DNA of 62,967 bases, filler included, from Collodictyon triciliatum (lineage: Eukaryota): NCBI GenBank assembly GCA_043381765.1. It is 7 parts of 7 records of this genome, joined end to end, with 100 filler letters (N's around TTAATTAATTAA, not from the genome) between each part and the next. Parts side by side here need not be neighbours in the genome. Positions count along the whole stretch, not along the records: positions 23,895 to 33,896 come from JBHJMP010002830.1; positions 33,997 to 43,990 come from JBHJMP010002831.1; 5 more parts are not named here. One strand, written 5' to 3'. Shown here one piece after another: positions 25,728-38,809 of the stretch. Each line of letters starts with the position of its first letter. Position 1 is the first letter of the stretch. A program made the translations under genes and the position numbers. The notes beneath the pieces were generated by a model that was not told the origin of the DNA, made no database searches, and saw only the letters and a program-made list of their open reading frames with translations.

Positions 25728-27560
25728 TCATGCTTTGGGCCAGTTTTCTGTATTCTTCCAAAAAGGAGAGGTAAAAAGGTTCAGCATTGTGAACGAGATC
25801 AGAACGGTTTGGAGAATCAGGAATGGCTTCATATTATACTTCCATGACTTTACAAGAGGTATTTCAAGGCCATACATGTAATTTTCGATGGTGATGGATA
25901 TGAGTTGAGCTATGAGCTCGATAGATAATTGTATTACTATACTGAATAGCATGTGCTCAATGCTGCTAATCACCTCAAAAGTAAAATAGTCCTTGACTGG
26001 CCGGCAAATAAATAGAATCAAGGGTATGAGAATGGCTATCTGCAACTCTGAGGCATATGTGTAGTATGAACGATTGGACCGATAGGCCATGATGTAGTCG
26101 GCGATGCCATCAACATGATTGAATCCGCGAGTAAGTGCCATGAGACTTGGCAAGCCTGCTACATCGCGAGAGAAGTGGAGCTCGAACAGACGATTTGCAT
26201 CCTTGGACTTTGGGTTAGCTTTTTCACGACGTTCTCCGGATTCAACGATGTTATCGAGAGGTTGTACCCTTCTGTCCGATAAATCACAAGCCGCAGCATG
26301 CTTTTTGGCGTATTGAATCATTCTCATGATACAAATGGCCCTCAGTACAAATGTAGCTCGAAAGAAAATCTCTGATACCCCAGAGGCCAGTGCCATCAAC
26401 AAGGTTTCATTCAAGTTGGGCGAGTCGGTGATCATCAAACGTAGCACAGCTAGTCCGATAAAGTTGTAGACATTCCCAAATATTATGCGATACTTCAAAT
26501 GTTCTTTGGACTTGTAAATCAACTGGTTATTCTGGTATGTATCTGTGATATTGAACACAAACGGGAGGATTGCCACTCGTCCGATGATACGAATCATAAA
26601 CCCGGACCTCATAAAGTATGGAATCAGAAGAAATACAGAAGTGTTGTACACAATGCCATATGCAATAAAGCCTTTGAACAAGGCCATGGGAGTACCATCA
26701 GAGGATAAAACATCATACCGATGGGCCTTTTCATTTGGTTGGGGTTTCATATTTGGATTGCAGTAATTCTTCACATGTCTGAAGATCAATACACAATGGA
26801 GCAAAAAGCAAACGTAATAAATTATGGAGAGATATCGCAGTTGAAATATTTGCCTCAGGGAATATAAAGCTATGTGGAAGAACGACATTGGTAGCGTCAA
26901 TCTGAATACAAGGGGATACACTCTCTCCTTCCCAAAAACATGCAACGCGACTGCAGTTATACCAAAATACATGGCAAAATTAAACAACGTGTATGCGGAC
27001 AAGAAATGTATCAGCAGATTTGTATGGGTTCTGTGCATATACCACAACGGGGAGAATATTGCCACTGTGATTGAAATCGGGATGAGACCAAGAATAACCG
27101 AGTGATAAAACATCCAGACGAGGATATTGAAGGCATATTTAAGTGACTTCCAAAAGTTGCGCTGATGCCCTGGTTGGATAAAAGTCTGCTCTCTTTTCAA
27201 AGCTCTTTCCAGTGGCGGCGGCTTCTGTGTCGAGGAATTTACTTTGTTGCTAATACATGACTTTGGTTCTTCCACATGAGCCACCTCCGATAATACATAA
27301 AGCGGATCACTTTCTATATCCAGCCCTCTTTCTTTACTTTTGCCTTCATCTGGTAGCCCAAATGATATGCCACTCTTTCCATCACCTTTATTACACACTT
27401 GGGATATGTCGATAGTCTCCATGGGTATATTTTCTGCGATCTCTATGTCCTTCCTTCCCTCATCCTTGGCGTAGGTTCTTCTGTCCTTCGGTGGGTGGGC
27501 TCCCTCGCGGACGGGTTTGGCTGGGAGGAAGTGAGTCTCGATCGATAGCTCAAAGTCCAT
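25728..27560 (-). CDS. Intronless multi-pass membrane protein of unknown function (about 610 aa)
   Basis: Uninterrupted ORF with a hydrophilic N-terminus and about 10 hydrophobic segments; likely start MDFELS at 27560; similar to 42712-43962. Confidence 0.8.
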   Translation of the reverse strand: MDFELSIETHFLPAKPVREGAHPPKDRRTYAKDEGRKDIEIAENIPMETIDISQVCNKGDGKSGISFGLPDEGKSKERGLDIESDPLYVLSEVAHVEEPKSCISNKVNSSTQKPPPLERALKREQTFIQPGHQRNFWKSLKYAFNILVWMFYHSVILGLIPISITVAIFSPLWYMHRTHTNLLIHFLSAYTLFNFAMYFGITAVALHVFGKERVYPLVFRLTLPMSFFHIALYSLRQIFQLRYLSIIYYVCFLLHCVLIFRHVKNYCNPNMKPQPNEKAHRYDVLSSDGTPMALFKGFIAYGIVYNTSVFLLIPYFMRSGFMIRIIGRVAILPFVFNITDTYQNNQLIYKSKEHLKYRIIFGNVYNFIGLAVLRLMITDSPNLNETLLMALASGVSEIFFRATFVLRAICIMRMIQYAKKHAAACDLSDRRVQPLDNIVESGERREKANPKSKDANRLFELHFSRDVAGLPSLMALTRGFNHVDGIADYIMAYRSNRSYYTYASELQIAILIPLILFICRPVKDYFTFEVISSIEHMLFSIVIQLSIELIAQLISITIENYMYGLEIPLVKSWKYNMKPFLILQTVLISFTMLNLFTSPFWKNTENWPKA

Positions 27561-28340
27561 TGTCCCTATTCTGTTTCGACAATTCCTACCGCAGAGAAGA
27601 TTTCCTGAGTCTCTGTTGAAACTAAGAGTCAAATATTCAAAAATAATCATTGAGGGGCACTATGATCGAGAGTGGGATGTTTCTGGTGTCAGCTGCCGAT
27701 CGTAGAAAAAGGTTTTTTTTTTTTGGCTTCTTTTTTCTCTTCTGACATCCTTTTGGGATTTGCTTTTTTTTTCTTTTTTTAGTTGTTTCAAAATTGATGA
27801 AGATGGCACACACAAGCTAAGAGACGAAAGGACATGCAAAGTTGGGAGCTGCACCGACAAAGCTCATGTGCGTGTTGGGTACACAAATGAGAGTTTGCGA
27901 CTTCCACTGTGAGTGAACATGTTGCCTTCGCCGCCACACTCGTTTTTTCAATCCTGCCGGTACAATATTTTCTGTTTTACCGATGCAGTTTTCTTCTGTT
28001 TGCTTACTTCTGCGGATAGAATAAAGGAGGATTTTCTACAAAAGGATAAATCTTGATTCACACCGCATATGTCTTAATATGGTATCAGTACTCATTTTCT
28101 GGCCATCACGCATCAATCAGCAATCTCGACCGCGCGATTCCAGCTTGGCGCACCCGATCAGCAAAAGCCTTGCAGCCTCCACACACAGTTTTTTTCTAGC
28201 TAAACCTAACAAGATACGCACTCACCGTCTCTCTTTTTTTTTTCTTTCCTCCAAACGCTATGTCCCAATCCAAAGACACGTATACCTTCTGTGTTGCCTG
28301 TTCTTACAAAACCCTTTCGACAAATCCGAAGCGAGCCAGA

Positions 28341-28767
28341 ATGTCTGATCAGAAAGCAGCGAAACCTTCCAACCCGGCTCCCCATCCGGCTTTGATCAGC
28401 TCGTCCACAACCACACAAGTCAAGGCGATCACCAGCCAGCGAAAGATGTTTCTGTTTCTTTTCGTCTTGTCCTCCATGTTTGCAGGCGCCGCCTCGACGC
28501 AACTCGCATACAATCTGAGCAAGGTTTGTAGTCCGGTTCATGTAGCTGAACGCTCTGCACTCTTTTGTTTTGTTTTCACTTTTCACTTCTTTTTTTTTTT
28601 TTCCCTTTGATTGCTCGACATATGAGAAATGCTACTTCCGATTGAGTTCCATGCAAGGCAGTTCTCCAGCCAAAGAAGCAAGCCTTCCTTGTATCTCATT
28701 TTCTTCCTCCTTTCTTTCTTTTGTCGGCCTCGAAACTCTGGGCGCACAGAAAGGACAGACCGAGTGA
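28341..28767 (+). CDS. Putative small single-pass membrane protein (about 77 aa, 3 exons)
   Basis: MSDQKAAK...RKMFLFLFVLSSMFAGAASTQLAYNLSK|AVLQPKKQAFL|KGQTE* can be assembled with GT-AG sites; the downstream exons are uncertain. Confidence 0.35.
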
Positions 28768-29483
28768 GACTCCACGCCTGCTGCAACGTGTCTTCGAAGC
28801 CATACCATAAACATGAATATACGCCCGCCGGAAAAAAATTCTGCTTTCAGCAACAAATCTCAACATTTATCAGGCGACACAACATGTCAATCTTATTTGG
28901 CTGCCAGTTTAGCAGAGAAATATTTTAATTTCCAGATTAGAAGTCTCTGTGTTTTTTGAATCTGAATCTGTTTCGAAAACACACCAAAGCAGCCGCATCA
29001 ACACAAACCCAACGCGATTGCACTCTCGCAAGCCGGCCGATTGGTCGGTCAGATCGCCAGGCTTTTTCAGCCACTGGAAGTTGGAAGCGAAGGATCTCAC
29101 AGTTTTTCTTTCTCTCTCTGCTTCTACCTCTTCCATTTCACTCGTTTGTTGGATGTTATTTCCTTTTTATTTTTTATTTTTTTATTTATCAATCTAATGC
29201 TTGGCTGGCACGTGATTCAAACACTTGACTCACCTTTTTGCAAAGAGTACACCCTTTTATTCTCTTTCTTCCCACTTCTTCTCTGAAATGCTTCATCTTC
29301 CTCCATAAACAAGCAAAAAAAAAAAAAAAAAAGTTGTAGCCACCTTAATCATTCACCGTTTAGCCATTCAAGGGCCTCGCCGGTCCGAATATCAATACGG
29401 CTTTCTTTTATCCTTTCTCTTTCAATAATAATGTTTATGTTGCAGAGGAACAGTTTAGTCTTCAACGGGAACAATAGATAAAG

Positions 29484-32400
29484 ATGATGAAAAGGCCCAC
29501 TGCAACTCCGGCCACTGCGGCAAAGACAACAGCGAAACCGACCGTAACAACTTCAGCGGAGACGAAAGCCGCCCAATCAACAGGAACAGCCTCAAACCCG
29601 ACATCCAAGCCAAGCCGCCCTTCGTCAATAACCTCTTCGACATCTGCAGCATCAGTATGTTACTATCGATAACATATTAAATGTGTTCAATGTGTTCAAT
29701 GTTTTCAATGTTTTCAATGTTTTCAATGTTTTCAATGTCCTCTGAGCCCACCCACTCCAATCCACTCAGACCTCGAAAGCTGCCGGGGTTCAGCCAAGAG
29801 TTGTCACCCGTACAAACACCGTCACACAAAAAACTGCAAACACAACGAGCGCCGATGAACCGAAACCCACATCAAGAATCCCCCGTGCATCTAATGCAAT
29901 GTCAGCACCCAACACAGGACCAACAACAACATCATCATCATCATCAACAACAGCATCAGCATCAACGAAAACAACTACCGCGCCTGTGAAGCCCATTCTT
30001 TCGGCCCGTCCTGCGCAAAGGACAAACCCACATTCAACAGCCACCGCATCAGCCCGCCCTTCGCCTCCGCCCTCGCAGATCCCAAAGCCGCCCAGCACAA
30101 GACTCGCAGCCGCTGCACAGGGCTCACAGACATCCACAAATCATCCGCCTGTCTCGAAGGCAGCCTCGGCATCTGCAACTGCCACGTCGCGAACCACCCC
30201 GCGTCAATCACCTACGGCCGCTTCACAACCTCTTTCCGAACGAAAAACATCGATCGGCCTGCGAACATCCTCTCGCGAATCAAACACACATACCACTGCA
30301 AATCCCAATGCAAATCCGGCCGCGTTCAACCAAAACCATCCAATGAGTCCGCACAGCTTAAAGCTGAGCAGCTTCAAGAACGAAGGTTCAAAGGACTCGC
30401 TGACGAAGCCGAGTGCTCGTGCACCAGTGCCGCCTGGAAGCTTGAGTAAGCAGAATTCTGGCTCTTTGAGCAATCGCGATTCTTACAAAGAGAGCACACA
30501 GCGAGTACAAAGAAGCCCAGCGCAGACGCAAAGTCCATCAACAGGAAAAATGAACCGTAAGTTGAAAGACATGACCTTTTTATTCACCATTTTTTTCTTA
30601 TTGAAAAAAATTAGAATATTACACCACTGCTGCAGTGTATCATAACATATTCGTGTAGATGCACTTGATTTCCACAAACTAAGGCCCTTCTTTCTTTTAA
30701 ATTTTTGCAAAATTAACAACATCGTTGTTCTTGTACATATCTATCGAATCCTGATTTTCTTTCTTTCCTCTTGAATAGCACAATTAAAAGTCGTCATCCC
30801 GGCCAACGTGGATGAATACGATGAAAACTTACCGGACATCACAAACACCGCTCGGAGCACGACAAATGGAGTTGAAGATGACATCGAGGCAACCAGAAAC
30901 GATGAGTCCTTAGCTTCTCCGACTCAATACTTTTCGAGAAGGCCTGAAGAGGAGTCTGTTGCGGAAGAAATACAGGAAGAACGAAGCACAAATCTGTTTG
31001 CAATCGACAGTCCAGCAAAGGAGGTCATCGACGAAGAGATCGGATTCACCGGAGCTACACGACCCGAGTCAGCCAATGCCAAAGCACAAAGGTCATCGGG
31101 CCAACTTCGCCAGTCCACAGAAACACATCGACGAGTTCAGGCTGCACAAGAGAAGCTCGTTCAGGCTGAAATAGCGGCAATATCACAGGCCATGGCGCAG
31201 GAGAATGCAAGAGTGGTAGAATACAAACACCGCCCATCCAGCGGCCGTCTCTCTGCAACAGAGCATGACAAACAAGCGGCTATGGCACAACAGCCCGGGA
31301 CGGAATTCTCATTTGCATCGCCGAGCACAGAGAAACATTCCAGACAGAGACGCTCAGCGGACGGCGCCCATGAATCCATCAGTGACCATGGGCACAAAAA
31401 CGAGCGCACAACCCTGCATGAGCCAAAGCACGAATCCGAGTCTGTGTTTGTATTCACGCCGCAGAAATCTCGCTCCTCGCATCCACGGTCTCTTCACCAA
31501 TCTACAGACTTACAGACCGCTTCAAGCCAGCACCCGGTGGCCGACGACACATTCGACGACCGCGACTTTGTTCAGCGCTCAAACGCGTCAAATGTACATG
31601 CACAAAGTGGCCGAGGAACGCGCGGCGCCTCGTATGACTCGTTTCAGGGCTCGACTGCCGGGTCTGTTTTGAAATCGATTGCGTCAGGTCGTCGCAAGGA
31701 GGACGCAGACTTTGTTCGGGCGTCGTTGGCATCGATGCGCCAGTCAGTCAAGAGTGCAGACTCCAATCTCGAAGCGCGCGCTTTCTACGACACGGAACAC
31801 ATGATTGCTCCACAGGGTGATGAAACATACGCCGAGCACCACGACCAAAGCGTGGCCCATGATGCGGGCTATAATGATGCTCACACAGCACCGAATCCTG
31901 ATGATGACCTTGAAATCAAAGACGAGACAGATGCTCGGATTGCAGCACAAGAAGGATTGGGTGGTGGCTTGCAGAGCGAATCGGCGTCTCGCAAGCTGGT
32001 TGTCAGAGGCGAGTCGAAAGAGATTCTCGCTTCGGTGGATGATTTGCAGGCTGCTCTGGGAGCAACTTCGCTTTTGCATGGTGGTGATGAGGATGATGAT
32101 GATGGTGGCGATGGTTTTGTCGAGGACTCTCAGAATGTCCCAGACTACGCCCACCAGCCGCAAGCACATGACGGAGAATATGACGATGAGTATAATATCA
32201 ATGACCAGAATGATGGAGACGGGGATACGGACGGGGATTATCCGCTGGAACAAGATCGCCATGAGGATGAGTATCACGAGGAACAGGAAGAACCTTGTGT
32301 TGATGAGAACGGAGGAGGCATTGGGGACGATGAAAATACTGAACAGGAGGAGGTCTTTGCGGAGCATTACGACGAGGACTACGACCCGCAGAATGACGAC

Positions 32401-32508
32401 GGGCAAGGAATGTACGACCCTGAAGAAGAGGATGGCGGGGAAGGTGAATACCCGCCGGGTGATGAAGCTGAAAATGCAAATGCGTTTGCGGACGAGGAGA
32501 GCTACTAG
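29484..32508 (+). CDS. Large intrinsically disordered protein (Ser/Thr/Pro/Ala-rich basic N-half, Asp/Glu-rich C-end), 3 exons
   Basis: Exons at about 29484-29654, 29770-30556 and 30779-32508 join in frame at GT-AG sites; the terminal ORF is 566 aa. Confidence 0.75.
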
Positions 32509-33896
32509 TCACAAAGAGAAACGAGTTTTCTTTGCTTTTTTTTTTTCCCCACCACCATTTTCCGGACTCATATTCTCCTTCACATACCCTGTCACTCTTT
32601 GGTTTCTCCTTTTTTTTTTCTTCTCATCGTTGCTTGGGTGGTGCTTACTGGATGTAATGTTTTTTTTTTTTTTTTTAATAAGAGAGAAAAACCAAACAGG
32701 AAGGAAATACAATCGCATTGCACTGCTCTGTTTCAGTCCTCCCCTTTTTTTTTTTATTTTATTACATCCAGTTTTTTTCTCTTTTTCTCTTTTTCAAAAT
32801 TAAAATTCTGTTCAGGTTGACGTGGTCCGACCCGATTGTGCAGTTTTGTTTTATTCAACAGAACCATACCTTTTTAATTAAAAAAACAACTATTCATTTA
32901 TTAGAAGAAAAGAAAAGAGAATCTTGCTTGCTGAATCCACTGTGCGCCTTTTATTCCATAATCCTCGAGTGACATTCACGAGTACCTCCTCTAATGAAAA
33001 TCCATGTATTCTAGAAAACTTTTTTTTTTTTTTACTTGCGTGCATACATGTACATAAATACGCACACAAACATTCCCCACAAACACACGTGCATCCGGTT
33101 CACAATCCGTCGCGGAGATTAGCCAGGAGCGAAGAGTGGATTGTGCGGTATAAGTGCAGAAGGGTGTTTGCGGAGTGTGTGCATTTGATTTCTATGCTTT
33201 GCAAGGCCATTCGGCCGGGTTGGGCAGTGTTTTCTTCGACGGCAGAGTCTGCGACTCGTGTGAGCACCAGTGTCTCGCTTGCCTGCAGGTCGATTGCGCA
33301 GATATCTGCAGATACCGAACGCCCGCACATTCATCAACAAACCGTGATTAGATTCGAGTTAGATAAAATCACACGATTAAATAAATACCCATACACGCAC
33401 AAAAAGGAGAAATAGGAAAAGGAAAAGGAAAAGGAAAAGGACAAGGAAAATAGTGTAATTCGACTGGCGTGATGGTTAAATCAGATCGAGTGTGCAGCGA
33501 TTGGGTTGAATCGTAGTTTGAAAGGAGAGCAGGTGGGTGAAGGGATTTTGATATGCATTCGTGAATAAGTGAGTGAGCGTTTGATACAATAGTAACATCA
33601 AATGACACCTTCGATGGGGATGACCTTGTTCACGCTTTGCATGTGTTTCTTGGTGGTGACAACAGACCTGTGTGTTTTGTGGGTGGCAGCGTCAGTCGTG
33701 TGGGATTGAATAAAATGATTTTTCGAATGGAAATGCTAATTGTTAAAACAAAGAAACAAAGAAAAAAGAAAGATGAAAAAAGAAAGATGAAAAAAGAAAG
33801 ATGAAAAAAGAAAGATGAAAAAAGAAAGATGAAAAAAGAAAGATGAAAAAAGAAAGATGAAAAAAGAAAGATGAAAAAAGAAAGATGAAAAAAGAA

Positions 33897-33996
33897 NNNN
33901 NNNNNNNNNNNNNNNNNNNNNNNNNNNNNNNNNNNNNNNNTTAATTAATTAANNNNNNNNNNNNNNNNNNNNNNNNNNNNNNNNNNNNNNNNNNNN
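33897..33996. other. Artificial contig linker
   Basis: Same 100-nt spacer. Confidence 0.97.
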
Positions 33997-34090
<94 letters not shown>

Positions 34091-34257
34091 TAATAATAAT
34101 AATCATAATCGTCTCAGTAAAGTACATTGTACACACAGGAAAATAGCTTCATATATATTTTATGTATGAATCTCCTTATAACTGCACTCACAGAATGTGT
34201 TTATTTTTTGACTTTTTTATTCCCACGTATACGCACCACTCACTCTTATTTGCATAG

Positions 34258-35197
34258 GGATGTACCAAGATCATCCCCAAGCAGCCATCTTGGTTCTCAA
34301 AAAGGTTTGTATTGTATAGATCATTTTCGTTTGTTTGGAGTTCATTTCTATTACAGCTACAGTAGAAGCTATCTAAGTCTATGTAAAAGCTTTCTAGGAC
34401 ACATAAATATTTAGCTTTTGCTCTCTGAAACAAAATTAAACGGGGATATATCACATGAAAATTGGAAGCAAATAAGAAACTATTTATCTATTAAATGAAA
34501 TATTGTCTTCTCCACTTAAAAAAAAAGAGCCAACTATTTTGTTCATATATTAATTTACGTGATAGGATACCAAGAAATCTCTGCTAATCCGCCAGAAAAT
34601 CAACAGACATCGCAGTCACCAATTTTTAAGCATTCTGTAAAACCAGCCGCGGGCTCACATATATCTCCTCTCAGAAGACGTGTTTTAGTCACAGCACTGT
34701 CTCCCCAAGAGCCAAATCAGCCTGTCAAACACGGGTTCTTTCTTTCATTTCTACATTTTTACATTATTTTATTTGGCTTGCGTTATTCTTCCTGGCTCCC
34801 AAATTATTGATTGAAGTGGTAAATTACTAAAAAGTAATAAAGGATGAAAGTAAGAATCGAATAACGCTGATGCGGAGTTCACCTCTGTTTTGTATTTGTA
34901 CAACAATCGTTGAAGTACTTACAGATTGTAAAATCCAATTAGACATGATTCACCTACTTGGTCTCCCAGTGGGCAGGAGCAAACTTTTTATTCACCTCAT
35001 CTGCAAATGCAGCGACAACAACAATTTTCGAGTTCACCCAATTCGCAAATATATAGAGTCTCAGAGAAGATAATTTATCTTACAAATATGTCCTTATCTG
35101 AGATTCCCGACCAGGTTTATTATCCTTAAAGCTTTTTCTCTCACTAGTTTATCATAATTACAAATGATTCAAGATAAGTTTATTATTATTAGCATTG

Positions 35198-35296
<99 letters not shown>

Positions 35297-36940
35297 GCAT
35301 TTAGAGATTCCCATTTAGAGGCAATTTTTCAGTTCCTTATGAAGCATATTGTTTTTTTTTTTTAACATTGCAGTCGATTAAAAATATTAGATTCTTCGGT
35401 TGCATAACTTGGAAGAAATAAGCCTCAAAGCAAACAACATAAGATCCCTCAATACTATAATCTCAACACTGACAAACTTAAAGTACTTGGATATGAGGTT
35501 TTTGATTTTAAATTAGAGTTGGTTCAGTTTGTATGTATACAGTATTGCATATTTATCCGTTAAACATCTAAGGCTATCATGGCTTTATTTATCCAATAAA
35601 AAAAATTAACGTATGCATAGCGAGAACAACATTTCGCAACTGGGAGAGGAAATTGGGTTGATGAAGTCACTCATCTCTGCGAATTTTTCTCGGAATGATA
35701 TCATACGAATTTCACCGGATATACCCGTCATGGATAAGCTCGGTGATTGATGTGTTGCATCTAGCATTCATTCAACATTTTCTCTTTGTCTTAAAAATTG
35801 TTAACTTTTTTAATTCGAGAGGGAATGCTAATGAGAGAATTTTGTTTCAATTTTCACCACATGTATATGTTTGAATCTTTCTGCCAAGTATTAAAAATCC
35901 GTACTAATTTTTAATATATATACTGAATTTACAAGAAATACTCATTCTGGATCACAATCAAATTATGGATATGAGCGGGCTGGCATCCGGCAAACTAAGA
36001 AAACTCAGAATACTAAATCTGCAAGAAAATTTTATTACTGAAGTAAGAGATTCGAAAAGTATGATTTTTTTTGAATTGTAAGGAATTTGTACTCGGCAAA
36101 ATCAAGCATTTTTCGCGCTCATTTTGCCATTTCCATCTCGTTTCTAAGATATAACAGACAGCTCTGAATCGAATAAAGGGGAAAAAAAAGAAGATATAAC
36201 AGACAGCTAATCACCCCATTATTCACACATGTTCGCTTTAGATTCCAAACTCAGTCTCAAAAATTACTCAGCTTCAAGTAAATATTCATTTAATGATATA
36301 TATTTTTTTATCTTCGAGTGCTGATTTGCCAATTTTGTTTTCCCGTAGGAGATGTACCTAAGCTCCAATCAAATATCTATTTTACCGGACGAGATCGGGG
36401 GGCTAGCTAATTTGATTGTGTTGGACATAAGCAAGAACCGTCTTACATGCCTCCCATTAAATATTGTAAAATTACAGGCTCTTGTTCGGGTATAACCTAG
36501 GGGATATTTATCTCAAATAGTTTATTAATGATCCTTTCTCCTAATTAGCTAATTCTTAAATAGAATTTTAGATCCATAGCACTACTTAATTTACAAATAA
36601 ACCCGAAATATTTAGTTGGACGCGGAAAATAACTTCATCTCTAACCTTCCTTTGGAGCTAGGGAAAATGCGAAGCTTATCTAAATTGAATATGAAAGTAG
36701 TCAATCATTTCGTTCTAGTCGTGTACTCCTTTTCCCTTGCCCCTGTTTTATCGAATGCATGTTTTCTGTGTATCATTCATTTTTTGGTAACTTTAATGAT
36801 TGCGCATCAATTTTTGTAGAATAATCCTTTAAGTATCGAAATTGCCGAGGCAGCCAAGCAAGGAACATTTTCACTCTTGCGGCTATTAAAAACGATGGGG
36901 GATGGTCACACTCAGTCCAGTGAATCGTAAAATAGATTAT

Positions 36941-36971
<31 letters not shown>

Positions 36972-37039
36972 GTATTAGTATTATTATTATTATTATTAGT
37001 ATTAGTATTAGTATTATTATTATTAGTATTAGTATTATT

Positions 37040-37133
<94 letters not shown>

Positions 37134-38778
37134 GTATTATTAGTATTATTAGTATTATTATTATTAGTATTATCATCAATATTATTTTGCATATTCGTTT
37201 GATTACTTTTCATATCTTCATTTGCAAATGAATTTTTAAATGAACTTAAACTTCAACTCTATGTTTATTTAAATTAAATGCTCTTAATCGATAAATCTTA
37301 AGATTATTTTAATCATTTTAGTGATATCGAATTCTTGCGCTCTAAAGTTCAAGAGTATGAAAAAGTGATGAAAGAAGAAAAAATTAAACACCAGACAGAA
37401 CTTTCCGTTATTCAAGAAAGACTGGCCGAATCTGAACAATTGTTTTCCATCGTAATTTTTATATAAAATTAAAATTAAAAACAATTATGATGTGAAATTG
37501 GACATGCATGAAACCTTGTCATATGGAAATATAATATTTGAGGATAATTATTTAATATACTGTTTGGATATTTCATCAAAGTTTAATAATATGATTATGT
37601 TTTCTGTCCATTGATTACACATATACCACCTAAAATATAGGAAAGAAAAAGAACACAAGACTTGGCAAATCAAATATACGAACTTCGGAGGGAATTGCAA
37701 GGTTTAACTCACAATTATTAAAAGTTGCAAAATGCGGATAAAAATTTTAATTATCAATCTAATATATAATCATCTAATCCTAATGTTTAATTGAATTTGC
37801 GATGAAATATATTTATTGTCTTCTCTAATGTATTTTCTTAGATACTATTCCCTCAGTAAGCAGAGAAACTGAGCCAGATAAATTTGATGTAAGTCCCTTC
37901 TTTCAATTATAGTGATATAAAAAAAAACAGCTCCTTAACGAAAAATAAATCAATTATGAAATCTAATCCATTTGAAAACAAGGCAACTGTTAGAGAATAT
38001 CATATGCTCCTCCTCCAATCGAAGGAGAAAGAGCGACAGATTTTGGAGGCATTTATTTTGCATTTATATACATTCAAACATATTAGACTTAACCCTTCTA
38101 ACCTCGTTAAAATACTTCAATCCTATGCTACGGGGTTTGACATATTATTTTTTTTTACTCTAGGGGTCTAACAGGAAGAAAGAGTTACTAATGGAAGCTG
38201 TCAAGAAAATTGAGGACCTGGTTAAGCGCATTAAGGTAAAATTTTCATGGGTTTTTTTCGTGAGTTTTTTTTTAACCTGTCAATACACTATTCAAACGCT
38301 TTTCATAATTTAACATCACAGCTTTATAAATCTGTTGAATATGTAGGAAACTGAGGATGAAAATCGTCGACTTATCTCAGACAGGGATAATCTTTTGTAC
38401 GTAACATTTTATATTTGTAGATTTACAAGCCAACTTATATTAAAATACTCGTAGATTTCTGAAACAACAGGGCCGGTCATTTACATCAGGTAAATCCTCA
38501 CATACATTTCATTATGCATATCTAATATATTTCTGACCTTATTTAAGTTTCCATACAAGTCTTTCTCGGCAATAACTCAAAATCATGTTTGAATATTTAC
38601 ATCTTGTTGGTTTCCAATTTAGAGGATTTGTCAATTCAGACAATATTCAGCTCTCTCTGGGACCTTGAAAGGAAGTTTTCCGTTTTCGCTGATCGGGTTG
38701 AGGGAATAGGCCAACAGGTTGCTAGATAAATACGGTTGATGATAGACCAAGAAAAATAAAAAAGTGTTCAAAGTGTTC

Positions 38779-38809
<31 letters not shown>

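Noticed and set aside
36773-37231. Poly-Asn, poly-Ile and similar homopolymer ORFs (also at about 1650, 2900, 19600, 22200, 47200)
   Set aside because: Translations of intronic or intergenic microsatellites.
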